The notes beneath the pieces are model-generated. The model ran no database searches. It was not told the DNA's origin and saw only the letters and a list, made by a program, of their open reading frames with translations. From assembly GCA_964035545.1 (NCBI GenBank), contig OZ037766.1, positions 32,292,773-32,356,772 on the forward strand: a DNA stretch of 64,000 nucleotides, written 5' to 3'. Source of the stretch: Bugula neritina. Its lineage: Eukaryota; Animalia; Bryozoa. Position 1 is the stretch's first letter. Every line of letters starts with the position of its first letter. A program made the position numbers and the translations under genes. This document shows positions 31,368 to 57,670 of this stretch, piece by piece.

Positions 31368-34300
31368 ATGGAGGGAGAGACAGCAGAGAGAAATGCTGAC
31401 CTAACGTCACAATCAAGTATTGAAATAAAGGTGAAACCAATAGCATATTATAGCTGCCTTAGAATTTAGCACTTTTCTGTTATGTTTAACAGATACACTG
31501 TTTTATATATGCCTTTGTATATAAACTACAATATATTGCCAATACACTATATGTATATCTGACTAAGTAAGGTAAACAGCACATTTCAAATATGTTGGGT
31601 AGTTTTAGAATATAACTTGCTAAGAGACTTTGAATGATGTACTATTTAGACATTAGTATGTATGTCAATATACATCTACTGACAGTGTTGTTGTTGAAAG
31701 ATCTAGCCACAATATTTATCATTGTGTGGAATAGATATTCTGTACTATGAGCTGCAAACCATAAGTTTGGTGGTTGAGGTTGACCACCTCTGGAATACAC
31801 CACCCTTGATGGAACTGCTTTTGCAGACTGTAGGTGGTCTGTACTGAGAGTCTTCAAACTTAAAGATGCTTAGAGTGTGTTCTAACCAAACTTGAGTCAC
31901 AGAGAGCAATTAGAAACTAAGCTAAACACTAAATAGAGCTCTTTCCTTGCATAGATTGTACACAGCCGATCAGAGAAGTTGCTTTGGTAGAAGCCTTCCT
32001 ATCACCATGGTAACAGTTTTTTGCTGATGACCCGCTGTTTTTCACTGTGGACGCCTACAGATCAGAAGAGGGAGAGAAAAATCTAGAAGCTCTGTTGGAG
32101 CATGTTCTAAAAAATGATGACAATCCATGTGTCTACGCTTGGGATGCAAACAAGAACCAGGTTTGTGAATGTTTATTGGGGAACTATCGGGGTCATAGCC
32201 TGATAAAACTCCCTATACAAGTAGATAGCACATGGATTCAAATCTTGCTAGAAATAGCCACAGTGATCAGTCTACTTTATATTGCTACAATCCAAAAAGC
32301 TTGTTCAAGATTGAAAGTCCATTATTGATATTTGTTTTAGGTCGCTGGTTTTATTGTTCAGAACACCCACTCTGTAGATGATGTAATTACAGACACAACT
32401 CCCGTCAAACAGTATAACTGGTCTGAAACAGCTTCTAGTGACATCGATAAAATCAATGAGTTTGTGGTTAAGATAGGAAATCAATTTAATTTATTCTCTC
32501 AATTGGGGCAAGTTATAAAACCTTCACAATTCCTAAATTATAATAATATTAGTATTACATTATGTCTTAACTGTATAACCTAAACTAATTATACAGCACC
32601 CTGACTGATGGTAGACCCAGCAGCACCTTGAGCAATGGTAGACCCAGCAGCACCCTGACTAATGGTAGACCCAGCAGCACCTTGAGCAATGGTAGACCCA
32701 GCAGCACCTTGAGCAATGGTAGACCCAGCAGCACCCTGACTAATGGTAGACCCAGCAGCACCCTGACTAATGGTAGACCCAGCAGCACCCTGACTAATGG
32801 TAGACCCAGCAGCACCCTGACTAATGGTAGACCCAGCAGCACCTTGAGCAATGGTAGACCCAGCAGCACCCTGACTAATGGTAGACCCAGCAGCACCTTG
32901 AGCAATGGTAGACCCAGCAGCACTCTGACTAATGGTAGACCCAGCAGCACCTTGAGCAATGGTAGACCCAGCAGCACTCTGACTAATGGTAGACCCAGCA
33001 GCACTCTGACTGATGGTAGACCCAGCAGCACCTTGAGCAATGGTAGACCCAGCAGCACCTTGAGCAATGGTAGACCCAGCAGCACCCTGACTAATGGTAG
33101 ACCCAGCAGCACCTTGAGCAATGGTAGACCCAGCAGCACCCTGACTAATGGTAGACCCAGCAGCACCTTGAGCAATGGTAGACCCAGCAGCACTCTGACT
33201 GATGGTAGACCCAGCAGCACCTTGAGCAATGGTAGACCCAGCAGCACCCTGACTAATGGTAGACCCAGCAGCACCTTGAGCAATGGTAGACCCAGCAGCA
33301 CTCTGACTGATGGTAGACCCAGCAGCACCTTGAGCAATGGTAGACCCAGCAGCACCTTGAGCAATGGTAGACCCAGCAGCACCCTGACTAATGGTAGACC
33401 CAGCAGCACCCTGACTAATGGTAGACCCAGCAGCACCCTGACTAATGGTAGACCCAGCAGCACCTTGAGCAATGGTAGACCCAGCAGCACCCTGACTAAT
33501 GGTAGACCCAGCAGCACCTTGAGCAATGGTAGACCCAGCAGCACTCTGACTAATGGTAGACCCAGCAGCACCTTGAGCAATGGTAGACCCAGCAGCACTC
33601 TGACTGATGGTAGACCCAGCAGCACCTTGAGCAATGGTAGACCCAGCAGCACCCTGACTAATGGTAGACCCAGCAGCACCTTGAGCAATGGTAGACCCAG
33701 CAGCACCCTGACTAATGGTAGACCCAGCAGCACCTTGAGCAATGGTAGACCCAGCAGCACTCTGACTGATGGTAGACCCAGCAGCACCTTGAGCAATGGT
33801 AGACCCAGCAGCACCCTGACTAATGGTAGACCCAGCAGCACCTTGAGCAATGGTAGACCCAGCAGCACCTTGAGCAATGGTAGACCCAGCAGCACCTTGA
33901 GCAATGGTAGGCTCAGCAGCACCTTGAGCAACAGTATGTTCTTTGATCCCGAATCACTACAAAGCTTTGAAAATAAATCTGCTGGTATCTTTTGTAGTAA
34001 AACTCGCTAATGAATGTCACAGCTTTATTATGAAGTTTTAGTATCAATTTTACTTTAAAATTACCAGTACAATTGGTCTTCAGCTTTGCACAAGCACAGT
34101 GATTAGCTTATAGCCTTGTACAAGCATTGATTAGCGGTCAGAGATTTAAACATAAAGGGAAGTTGAAGGTGACTCATTTGTTCCACTAATCCTATAGGCC
34201 AAAGTTCCACTAATAGTATTGAGTTAAACAAGCTTTTTTCTTTTAAGAGAATGCATTTCTTGAAAGTCAAATGTAAACTTTAGCAAAATGCTGCTTTTCC

Positions 34301-34763
34301 TGGCATGCAATGTCGAGAGTTAACTAGGTAGTTAAAACCATGTACTAGAGTGGTTAAGTCAATTTGATATTATGAACTATTAGCATATCCCAAATTTGAG
34401 ATTAAGCAGTTCAAAAGTTGACGTTAAGATGGATAAAGTTGTGACTTCCTATTTTTTCCTTTCACTTTCAGAGTAAAGAAAGTGTTACTCATGCGGTATG
34501 TCAACGTAGCAAGAGAATATAGAGGCCAAGGGATTATGGGAAGACTGGTAGCAACATGTCTCTCGGAGTTCCGGAAACAGCAAAGAGGTCACGAAGCCAT
34601 ACTCGCTGGCTGTTCAAATTATTATGTACACAGGAAATGCTTGCAGTTAGGAATGAAGTTGCTATTTGAGTTGGACTATTCGGAAATGGATAACTACAAG
34701 AAAATGGCCGACTACCAAACACACTCTAAACTTCGGCTTATGGCTCTAAGGCATGAGGAATAA
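31368..34763 (+). pseudogene. GNAT acetyltransferase (iaaNAT/Dat-like), copy 1, disabled
   Basis: Exons 31368-31430, 31955-32160, 32341-32507, 34472-34763 are collinear with copy 2. Lesions: a 1-bp deletion (GAGAAGTT vs GAGAAAGTT, ~31976) giving TAG at 31988-31990; TTA>TAA at 32011-32013 in the ancestral frame; exon 3 donor GCAAGT instead of GTAAGC. Confidence 0.82.
32594..33931. repeat. 24-bp minisatellite, ~56 copies (GGTAGACCCAGCAGCACCYTGASYAAT variants), in intron 3 of the GNAT pseudogene
   Basis: Visible directly; it produces the 448-aa and 460-aa repeat ORFs. Confidence 0.97.
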
Positions 34764-36281
34764 TCATATTTGTTTCTCTTTCTCAAGCTTACATGTGCTT
34801 TCAGGGACTTTTATACATTCTGTTATCCAGTATACATGTTCTAAATGTGTCTGCATTGTCTACGAGGAACACTATCAAGTCTAAGTTGCCGTCTGCTTCC
34901 CGGCAATATCGGTCCTAGCTTAACCAATCATGTGCCATGTAGTTGTATAGGTTGTAGTATACACTGAAAAGCCACTGCCATGTTAACTAACGCAAAGTAA
35001 CTTGGTTTATTACATTTATAAAATAAATAATATTTCATACGGAACAAATACATGTACAACAAAAAATATTATTGAAGTAAAACTTACTTACGATATTTGT
35101 TTTAAAATGAATGCCATCCCAGCAGTATAAAATGATTTGGGAAGAAAATCTTCAAGCATTCATGTAAGATAACAAAAACCCTGTTAGCACAACAGGCTTG
35201 CAAAAGTTTTAAGTGTTTAAAGCTTTTAAACCAAGGACTGATAATTGCAAATAATTATGCAAGCCTTTGTTATGGCAACAGGTGCTATAGTAACAGGTGC
35301 TAATGGCACCAGATAATATGGCAACAAGTGCTACACTAACAAATCTGAAAACAATACTATAAAAAAGAGTACTTTTATTGTCAAATTTTTACTGTTTTTC
35401 ATTAATTTATTAGTTAGGATACCATTAATCAGCGATATACAATTCTCAAAGGAGACGCAATAGTAAAAAAGTGTGCATAAAATAGTAGTGTAATATTTTT
35501 TTAATGAATGCAAATCTCTGTTTTTGATTTTCTGAAATCTTTGAATATATACATGCTAAAGTATATACTTGTGTGTTTCTTAGTATATCACTAGTTGGTT
35601 GCAATGATTTATGCGCTTCCTCTTCCTTTGTGACTATCACAGTAACCACGATGTAGAAATTCTGGTGTTAATACCTGCAGTAGATACTCTTTCAACTGCT
35701 GTTTGTACTAGTATTGCTTACTTTTATTGCATGATCAGCCCTTGAACACCTTTTTATTGGGTGGCAATATCTCAACAATGCTTCTATTGTCTGGCAATCT
35801 CTAAACAATGCTTCTATTGGGTGGCAATATCTAAACAATGCTTCTATTGGATGGTAATCTCTAAACAAGGGTTCTATTGGCTGAGCAATCCCTCAGTTTC
35901 AGTACACATACAAGATTGGCTGAGAGTTTAATTCAAAACCACCTTATAGTTTCAAAACCTTGCCCTTGGAATAATATAATCTGCTACGGCTGGGTGAACA
36001 TGACGTATAACAATGTTTGAACACCATAGGTCAATATCTAGTATATATATAAACTTCAACAGCATGTAGTATACACATACCTGTTTCATGCAAGTCATAG
36101 TCAAGATGTTAGTAGAGTAAAAGGTGTTTGTGAAGTCACACAGCTTTCTAATGATTTATAAACTAATTTCTCAGAAAGAAGTTTCCACTTTCAATCATTG
36201 TGATAAGTGCTGGCTTTTTAGATAAACATACGAGCGACCTCTTACATATGTTAGTGTTACTACATATTATTACATATTACC

Positions 36282-36537
36282 ACATATCTTAGTACATGTT
36301 ATACATATCTTAGTACATGTTATACATATCTTAGTACATGTTATACATATCTTAGTACATGTTATACATATCTTAGTACATGTTATACATATCTTAGTAC
36401 ATGTTATACATATCTTAGTACATGTTATACATATCTTAGTACATGTTATACATATCTTAGTACATGTTATACATATCTTAGTACATGTTATACATATCTT
36501 AGTATATGTTACACATATCTTAGTACATGTTATACAT
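36282..36537. repeat. 21-bp minisatellite (TACATATCTTAGTACATGTTA) ~12 copies
   Basis: Visible directly; only ~2-3 degenerate units occur at the paralogous position (~30915-30965). Confidence 0.95.
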
Positions 36538-36912
36538 AATTTAGTAATACCACTATAATATATTTTAATGAATCACCCTTTAACTATTATTCTGCATATG
36601 AATTAAAGTGTGTCTACAACAGCATTATCTGTTTAACTCTACTGAGGCAATTCCTTTGCTCACAAAGCCATTAGTGTGCTGACAAAATAAGTTTGCATAA
36701 TCATTATAGTACTGATATCAACATGCATGGGTTTTCATCTTTTATGTAATCAAAACACTGGACTAGTACTTATAGTTATCAGCATTTTCTTATCATGAGA
36801 CAGTTGACTTACAATCAGTACTAGTATTTTTAGACTATACTCACACTGTATATATATTATATATCTCACATGTTACCCAAGTTACAGCTCTCTAGAGAGA
36901 AGGTGACATAAC

Positions 36913-49680
<12,768 letters not shown>

Positions 49681-51770
49681 TCACATTTGTTTCTTTTGCT
49701 CAAGCTTATACATGTACTCCTTATACAAATGTTTAAATATTCTGTTGTCCAGTAATGTTATAATTCATCTTTACAAGTTTCCATTCTCTATGATAAACAT
49801 TATCAAGTCCCTTGAAGCAAAATTATCCGCAACTTAACCAATCACATGTCATGTAGAAAGTCAAGATTGTAGTGAAAGCCACACAAAATTACTGGTTTAC
49901 TATGTATATAAATAAATAATATTTCATATGCATGCTACTTACTAGCACATACATATACAGCCAAAATTCTTAATTAGGTAAGACAAGTCTTATAACATTT
50001 ACTTCAAATTGATTGTCTATACAGCAGCAATAAATGGTTTGGGGAAATAACTTCCAAATATTGTGTTGAGACGTTAGTTTGTCCATAATCTAATAGTGTA
50101 AAATAGTGAAAATGCTTGTAAATAAATATGAGCATTAAAAAAGTTAAAGTGTTTAAAACTCCTAAACCAAGAAATGTTAATTGCAAATATGTGGGAACTT
50201 CTCGTCATAGTTGAGGGAAAGGAAGTATGAAACTGATGTATACTCTAGCCACAAATACAGCAATCAAAATATTATGTTGATATTATTTTTGAATCGCTGC
50301 GAATGCATTAATGGTAAACAAACTTGAAAAGACAACTCTAAATAAGTAGAACAATTGTTGTAAATATTTTCTTACAAATTATTAAGCCAAAAACAGAAAT
50401 ATTTAATTAGGCATTCAATTTGTATAGAGTAAAATGGCAAAAAAGGCTTGTTTACTGTCAAGGCAACATAAAAGTTGAACAACTTCACAATTCATTCTAA
50501 AGCTACATGTGGCAGCTCAGACTAATGCCAGACCAAAAGAACTGTAGTTCAGACAGTGATGTGTGTGCAAACACTGTACACAGTGATCCCAAATTTTGTG
50601 CTGCATCTAGCATCCTCATAGCACTAACCTTTTCAAGGCAAGCATTATACCCATTAAATCGAAATTCTAAACAATACTGCAGCTAGTAGAGCAATTATTT
50701 TGTATTATAAAACACTGGTAACTGTAAACAAGAATCCAATGTAATTTTAATTGCCAAATCAAAACCATGATTATAATGAGTTAGAGCACAGTTAGATTGC
50801 TGGGAAAATTTGATTCACTTTGCTGATAATTGCACCATACAGTTGAAACAAAGGGTATGCTGTATTGCTGTATGTTATTATAACGTCTCGTTGAGAGTTT
50901 ACTACCAAAGTAATGACAGAGAAAATAATTTTACTGTAAAATAATTGTTTGCCGATTATTCCCATATTATGCATTTTTGTTAATCATCTACACTCCATAG
51001 AATAGAGAAAAGCTAATTGTTTTCATGCACCTATACACTAGTACTTATATATACACCATTGTCTGGTTGGAGAAAAAGGGGCTTCCCAATATCATTCATT
51101 ATACACAACCATAAAACAGTTTTACAGGGACTTATTGCAGATTTTGTGGTTTATATTGAAGAAGTAAGTCATAGGCAAAGACTCATGTATACAAAGATGT
51201 TTGCCTCCCATCATACAAGAGCTAGGTTGTTATTATAGCAATAGACTTATAGTGAGCAGCTTAGTTCATGAGAGTCAGCTAACTATACAAATAGAGAATA
51301 TTATTCTTCTGAATCACTGAATTTAATGAGTAACAGGATATATAGGGTCAAAGGTGGGATTTTCCATTCACTGACATTTCTGCTTTTGTTGCAATCTTGC
51401 CATGAATATGGAAATTATCTTTACCAAACTCATAGTTTGCCTAGTAAAACTGACTAGCATATACAAGCATGTTCACTCTACCAATGGTGTAAGTAAGTTT
51501 GCAGCACCTATGAATCTCTTTATAACAAAAGAAGCAAATAGCAAAAGAATTGAAGAAAACTGATATACCTTAAATATATATAATTGATCAAAGTATCAAA
51601 GGTGAAGCATTTTAATCATTTGAATATAATAGATCAATCTAGCAATTATACATTAAAACTGCAGGTTAAAAAAATTGATGTTTACTATAATTATACTTTC
51701 TTTTATCAGAAAAGTCCAAAATGCTGTACATCTAAAGTTTTGCTTACAGAATTAAATACATTGGCCAGTA

Positions 51771-52023
<253 letters not shown>

Positions 52024-52304
52024 TCATGTTGTGTATGATAGGCTACTAACATCAATGCAGATGGCTATGAATTGTTACTTGCTTGCATGTGTGTTCTGAT
52101 ATGCACTCTTTGAAAATTATATCATCTGTTGACTGATTATTCTATTCCTATGATAAAAGGGTAAACGTACTATATGCTAGATGTCTTCAACATAATAATA
52201 TGTAAGTAGTCACATTGCTTTGAATCACTATTACAAGTATTTATGTATATAATACAACAAATCTTGAAATGTACTCAACGATTCATGAAACGTATATTGT
52301 GTTA

Positions 52305-53321
52305 CCCCCTATTCACACTTACCGTACCGTACGCCGTAACAGCAAATTTTAGCGATTTTTGTTAAGCCTAGGGCCACACGGTGCGTATTTTCGCATGCGA
52401 AAATTGAAATCACAAGTAGCAAAGGTGTCCACTGTGCGCGTTGAGAAAACCTTCGCACTTGTCGCTCTGCATTTTCAACGCAAGTGCGAATCGTCTCCGT
52501 CGTCGTCACCTAATTGGCTGGTAGCTATTCAGCGAGCCCAATTTCTTTATTTAGTGCTATATTCCAGTAAATTGCGTTTTATTGAAAGCGAGTGCGATTT
52601 AAAAATGAAAGCTTTATTTATCACGCGTCACTGACGCTACAGTGGACACCTTTGCTACTTGTGATTTCAATTTTCGCATGCGAAAATACGCACAGTGTGG
52701 CCCTAGGCTAACATCGTACTCCGGTATACGCTGCGGCGCTGATCAAGCAGTGCTTGATTAAAAAAATCACGGCAGGCTCCTATTGGGTAGAGTTGATGTG
52801 GTACTAAAATTTAAAGAACATTTTCGCTAGTTTATTTTAATCGCTTATTTTTGATTTAATTTAACCAATTCAAAAGTTTTAAAAGATTAAAAAATCTTTA
52901 TCCGGCTTGTTTGAATTAAATTCAGCTTAAAAATCTAGCTTTCCTTAATCACAAAATCAAGCAAACCAAAAACTTAAAAATGATTTGGACGGCTTGAATA
53001 TTCATTATTTAAATTAGTTTGCACAATTATTTTAAAAACGAATATATTTAAAAAAAGATTCTTCTCTTGTAATTGCTTTTATTTAGTAAATAGCACTTAT
53101 ATAACATCTTTTGATAAGAATGTTGCGAATAATTTGTAAATAATATTCAAAGGCGTTCAAATCACCGCAGACAAGAGTTGGCTTTATTATGATTGGTCAC
53201 AGCTCAACGTCATGCATTGTACTTTTACGGCAATGTGTGAACACCCGTTGACAAAATGCAACAGCGTCGCCATTTTATTTTTGCTGTTACTGCGTACGAT
53301 ACGGTAAGTGTGAATGAGGGG
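52305..53321. mobile_element. Non-autonomous DNA transposon (MITE) with ~40-bp TIRs, flanked by TA (TTA left, TAA right)
   Basis: Left end CCCCCTATTCACACTTACCGTACCGTACGCCGTAACAGCAAA; right end TTTGCTGTTACTGCGTACGATACGGTAAGTGTGAATGAGGGG. Confidence 0.85.
52366..52708. mobile_element. PIF/Harbinger (Tourist-like) MITE, 343 bp, ~70-bp TIRs, TAA target-site duplication, nested in the previous element
   Basis: TAA|GCCTAGGGCCACACGGTGCGTATTTTCGCATGCGAAAATTGAAATCACAAGTAGCAAAGGTGTCCACTGT ... ACAGTGGACACCTTTGCTACTTGTGATTTCAATTTTCGCATGCGAAAATACGCACAGTGTGGCCCTAGGC|TAA. A 3-bp TWA TSD is characteristic of PIF/Harbinger. Confidence 0.88.
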
Positions 53322-56300
53322 TAAGAATTTAATCACCCAACGGTATCATATGAATACGCAAAATTGGGAAATCCCAACTCCAATATATTACGACATACTG
53401 CGAAGCTTCATTTACTTACAACATACGCAATTCTTTGGAATTTGTGAAATACACATTTAGTCATAGTAAAATGAGCTGAGACTAGTTGATGCATTCAAAG
53501 TAAAGCATTCTTATATTTTCAGTTTTTGCGCTGCATTATAACTTGAGCGCTGAAAATGCACAAAAAAGCTAAAGTTATGGTGACAGAAAATCAATAAGTT
53601 TCCACGTAATGCTAGATTGTACTCATAATACAAGAATGAATCCCAAATATTCTAATAAATATAATGTTTAAAATAGCACATGTATGTATTATTTGACACA
53701 TCATATTTAGAAGTTTATAAGTCATCCATTTGTGGCTGTAGGCGCTGTAGGTGTAATGTTAAGTTCCGTTTTCTTTTTAGCAACATTAAATTCTTTGAAA
53801 CTCGTAGCATACAATGAACAACTTGCAATAAGGTTCTAGCAATTGTCACAGAGACATTTTAAAAACACTTTACATAAATATGCATGAAATCTTTAAATAA
53901 GATGAATTATATTTTTGCAACATTACACAATGATGAATGGTGTCATCCCAGCTAAGGGCTATAGGCTAAATTTCCCACTTAGGTGCTATTTATTTGTATA
54001 TTTAAATAAACTTGGATCAATTGCTTGTTATTTAGCACATAAATCAATTCCTTTGTCTGCATTAACTTATTATTTTGTATTTTCTATACTTCTTGCTGTT
54101 TGAAAAGATTTTTGTTAATAAGTATTCATCAAAGATAACGTCTATTATTAATGGATTTCTGTTTTTTCTTCTGTCCGGCACAAATTCGTGTAAATTGGAG
54201 TATTATTCCAGGTAATTGATATTAGCTATTATAGCTATATTAGCTTATTAGTTATTTAGCAAACAATCCAACAGTTATATTATAGGTATATTACTATATG
54301 TAATAGTACCAAAATAAAAAATAGCTATAAACTTCTTATAAACTCTCGGTGTATGTTTACATTGCAGTACTATATACCTTTTTACCAATTTTGTCTTACT
54401 ATATAATGGTTACATTCTCCTTTGATATCTTTGAACCTGGTGGGTACTAAACTACACCGACACAGCTCAGTTACTGTGATGGACAAGAAAACAGCATTTA
54501 AATAGCTAATAAATTGCTACCAGTCTAACTTTTTTAACACCTATAGATAATTCAGCCGCACTCACCAAAGTAATATTATAGGACACACTTAGCTATAATG
54601 TAAGATCTGTAGAGTAATTATGTGTCAGTTGACAAAGCATTCCGTCAGGTTATACAACCTGTAGAATAAGATTATGTACTTACATGTAAGCCAACTAACT
54701 CAAGGGCACCTTTATCAGTTCGGCTGTACCGTGTTTACTCAAGCATACAATATATTATAGGCATAAAGTTAAGCAAGAAATTGGTTTAACTCAATCAGCT
54801 GTTTACACAAATTGAAAACAAAAAAGCTCAAATGCATCTACGTCTTAAAGAAATATTTTTTTCATATTCATCATAACTAAAAAATGAGTGAATCGTAGCT
54901 AGGCGCTGAACCTATTTATTTTGACCGAAACTAGACAGTTTTTTGTAGCATTGCAGAAAATTAATAAGAGAAGTGACAGAAATTTAAAAAAACTCTGAAG
55001 AAGCAGAAAAAATGCCTAAGATGCTTTTCAAAATTGGTTTTCTAATAGAGTTTATTTTGTTTTGTCTTTCATATGTTATATTTACAAATAAATTTTGGCA
55101 ACTGAGATTTAGTTACTGGTTGACCTTGTTTACGCTGTGTGTAACGGCCAGCATGGCCCTTTTGCAACACATCTTGTTGGTGCAAATAAATAAAAACCCA
55201 AGTAATGAAAATGCATCCACAAACTACTTATACTCAACTTGTCAACCTTATTCTCATTAACTTTTAACCATATTTGTTTTCTATAGCATTATAAGCACCT
55301 GTTTTGAACTAGCCATATAGATACTTGCAAGCTGCACATCATGCTTTGTTCTAAACTTGGCCTAGCCATGGTGGGTCAAGTGCTAGAGCCATGACTAGTG
55401 CAGCCGTGTTATAGAACTAGTAGAGCCAATCAGGTAATACAGTTATTCTTAATTATTACTAACATCTTTGTATTTTAATATGAAATCTTTATTGTTTGAC
55501 AATAACTTGGTGACTTATTATACTACATCTTTGCATATTTTTACTAACATGTTGTTTTATACATTACTATTATAGTTTTTACGTTGCCTTGTGGCATCAG
55601 TGGAGACTTACGGCTCCAATGAAATACCATCAACACCAAAACATATAAACAGCCGCTACACTGTGTACAAGTCGTATCTCAAGTCTTTGATAATTTTATG
55701 TTTTGTTTGAAGGCTTAATTTTAAAAATATAAAATTTCCGCTATTAAAATATACCAAGCCAATTGCCTGTAAGAAATATTAAAGTTTTTGAACAGTTGGG
55801 GAATTTACCAAAATTAACGGCTTTGAATATATCTAATTTCACAACAACCCACCACCGTTCCCTAGAGGCTCTTGCACGAAGTGGTGTAATTTAATTAACC
55901 TGCATAAATTCAAGCGGCATGTACGGTGTAAATATGTGTTAATTTGTTCATATATCTAGTTTACTTCAATGTTAGCCACTTTTGCTTATATCAGTGTGAT
56001 ATCGTTATTAAATGACTAATGTTGGAAAATCCAGTCATCATATCAAACGACATAGCAAAGAAGTTTCCCTTGCTATTGGCTATTATAGCCTTACAGTGGA
56101 ATACATTGACTAGTAATAGTAGGCACTTCTATTAATAATTGATAATGCCAAAGCTAGTTTTATTCCCTACACAATGACTAGGGCAAACCTAATGTTTGTT
56201 AACTACTAACAAAGGCTTGCATTGGCTTGTCAATACTTAACTAAAGCAGGTAGTAGTTATGTTTATGGGAAATAGTGCTATATTTATACTGCATTCCCCT

Positions 56301-57670
56301 GAGCACACAGTGCGCCAAAATAAAGCAGCCCCATTTTCTACAGTCAATGCTTTGAAGTAACAACTCTAGCAAACGAAATCCTTAACTTGTAATTTGTAGT
56401 AAAACTCACAAAGCCTACACATTGAAGGCTGCTAATGTTATTCATCCCCAAGTGCTAATCAATATTATTGAGATGAAATCATAGCCTATTACATCACACT
56501 TTATCATTGCCGATGTTGTATACTATTATAGTGGTTATGCTTCGACTACTGCTTGTGTATCAGATTATAAATTACCATAGTGATATGTTGCTAGAGTGTT
56601 AATTATTGTTTCATATTTCAAGGCCTATAAACTAATAAAACAAAGCTGATTAGTTAAATATTAAGCCAGGCATCAATTGCTTTTTTTTTAACATCCAAAC
56701 ATGATGTAACCTAGGTGATAATTACAAGAAAGTGAAGACTAGGAATAAGTGCTCAGGGCCTTAAAACTCTGAGCTCACAATTTAAAGCTTAACTGCTAAG
56801 TACTTAAAGTACCTGAGTAAAACATTATCAAAGTGCATGTAAAAGTAACAATACATCTACAAAAAGGAGGGTGAAATGAAAATAAAATTTCTTCAGATCT
56901 TCATACCAACTATTCTTGAGGTTATAACACACAAACATTTTACACACATTCTACACACAGTACAGAGAAATCACTCAATTCCCTTTGCGTACTCTGCAGT
57001 TCATACACCCTATAATATTTAAAATATATAAAAATATTTATATATGTCACACTATTTATTTTTTTCAATGACACCAAAACAATAATATTCTCTCTAGTTA
57101 AAACAGATTAGCAGAAGATACTGTATATCATTATAGATGTTTGGCAAACTTCCGGGAAAAAAATGTTAAATATTTGCATTACAAAAATAATATTAATGTT
57201 GATAACAATATATTGTGAGATAAGTCAGTTGCAGTAATTAACCTTGTTGAATTTCACAGTTGAGACATGAAAAGCAGAAAAAAGTAGACAACAAAAACTA
57301 GTTGTTGCAGATTTTTTTCTGCAGTCATTTAATGTCAGAAATGTTTGTATCACGATATAGCCCGAGAGCCACACTTTCTTCTTAGCAAAACCAAAACCAG
57401 AGATAGTTCATACTACCAGAGATCACTTATTACACAATATTACTCTTTTCAGTAATGACTGAAATTTCGTGATAGAAAATGCTGACATTAGAAGACCTTG
57501 AAAAAATCCATGGAATTATTATGGTGCAGTAAGGCATGTAAAAATGAAGAAATTGAGTATATAGTAATAGTACTACTATATAATAGTACTATTACTATTA
57601 TATATGATCAACTAATAGTGTTATTACAGCTATTATATGGATATACTGAAAGTTCTGAAAATTGAAAGGT

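Noticed and set aside
32585-34010. 448-aa and 460-aa ORFs on opposite strands
   Set aside because: They are translations of a 24-bp minisatellite inside an intron, have non-ATG starts and are absent from the paralogous gene.
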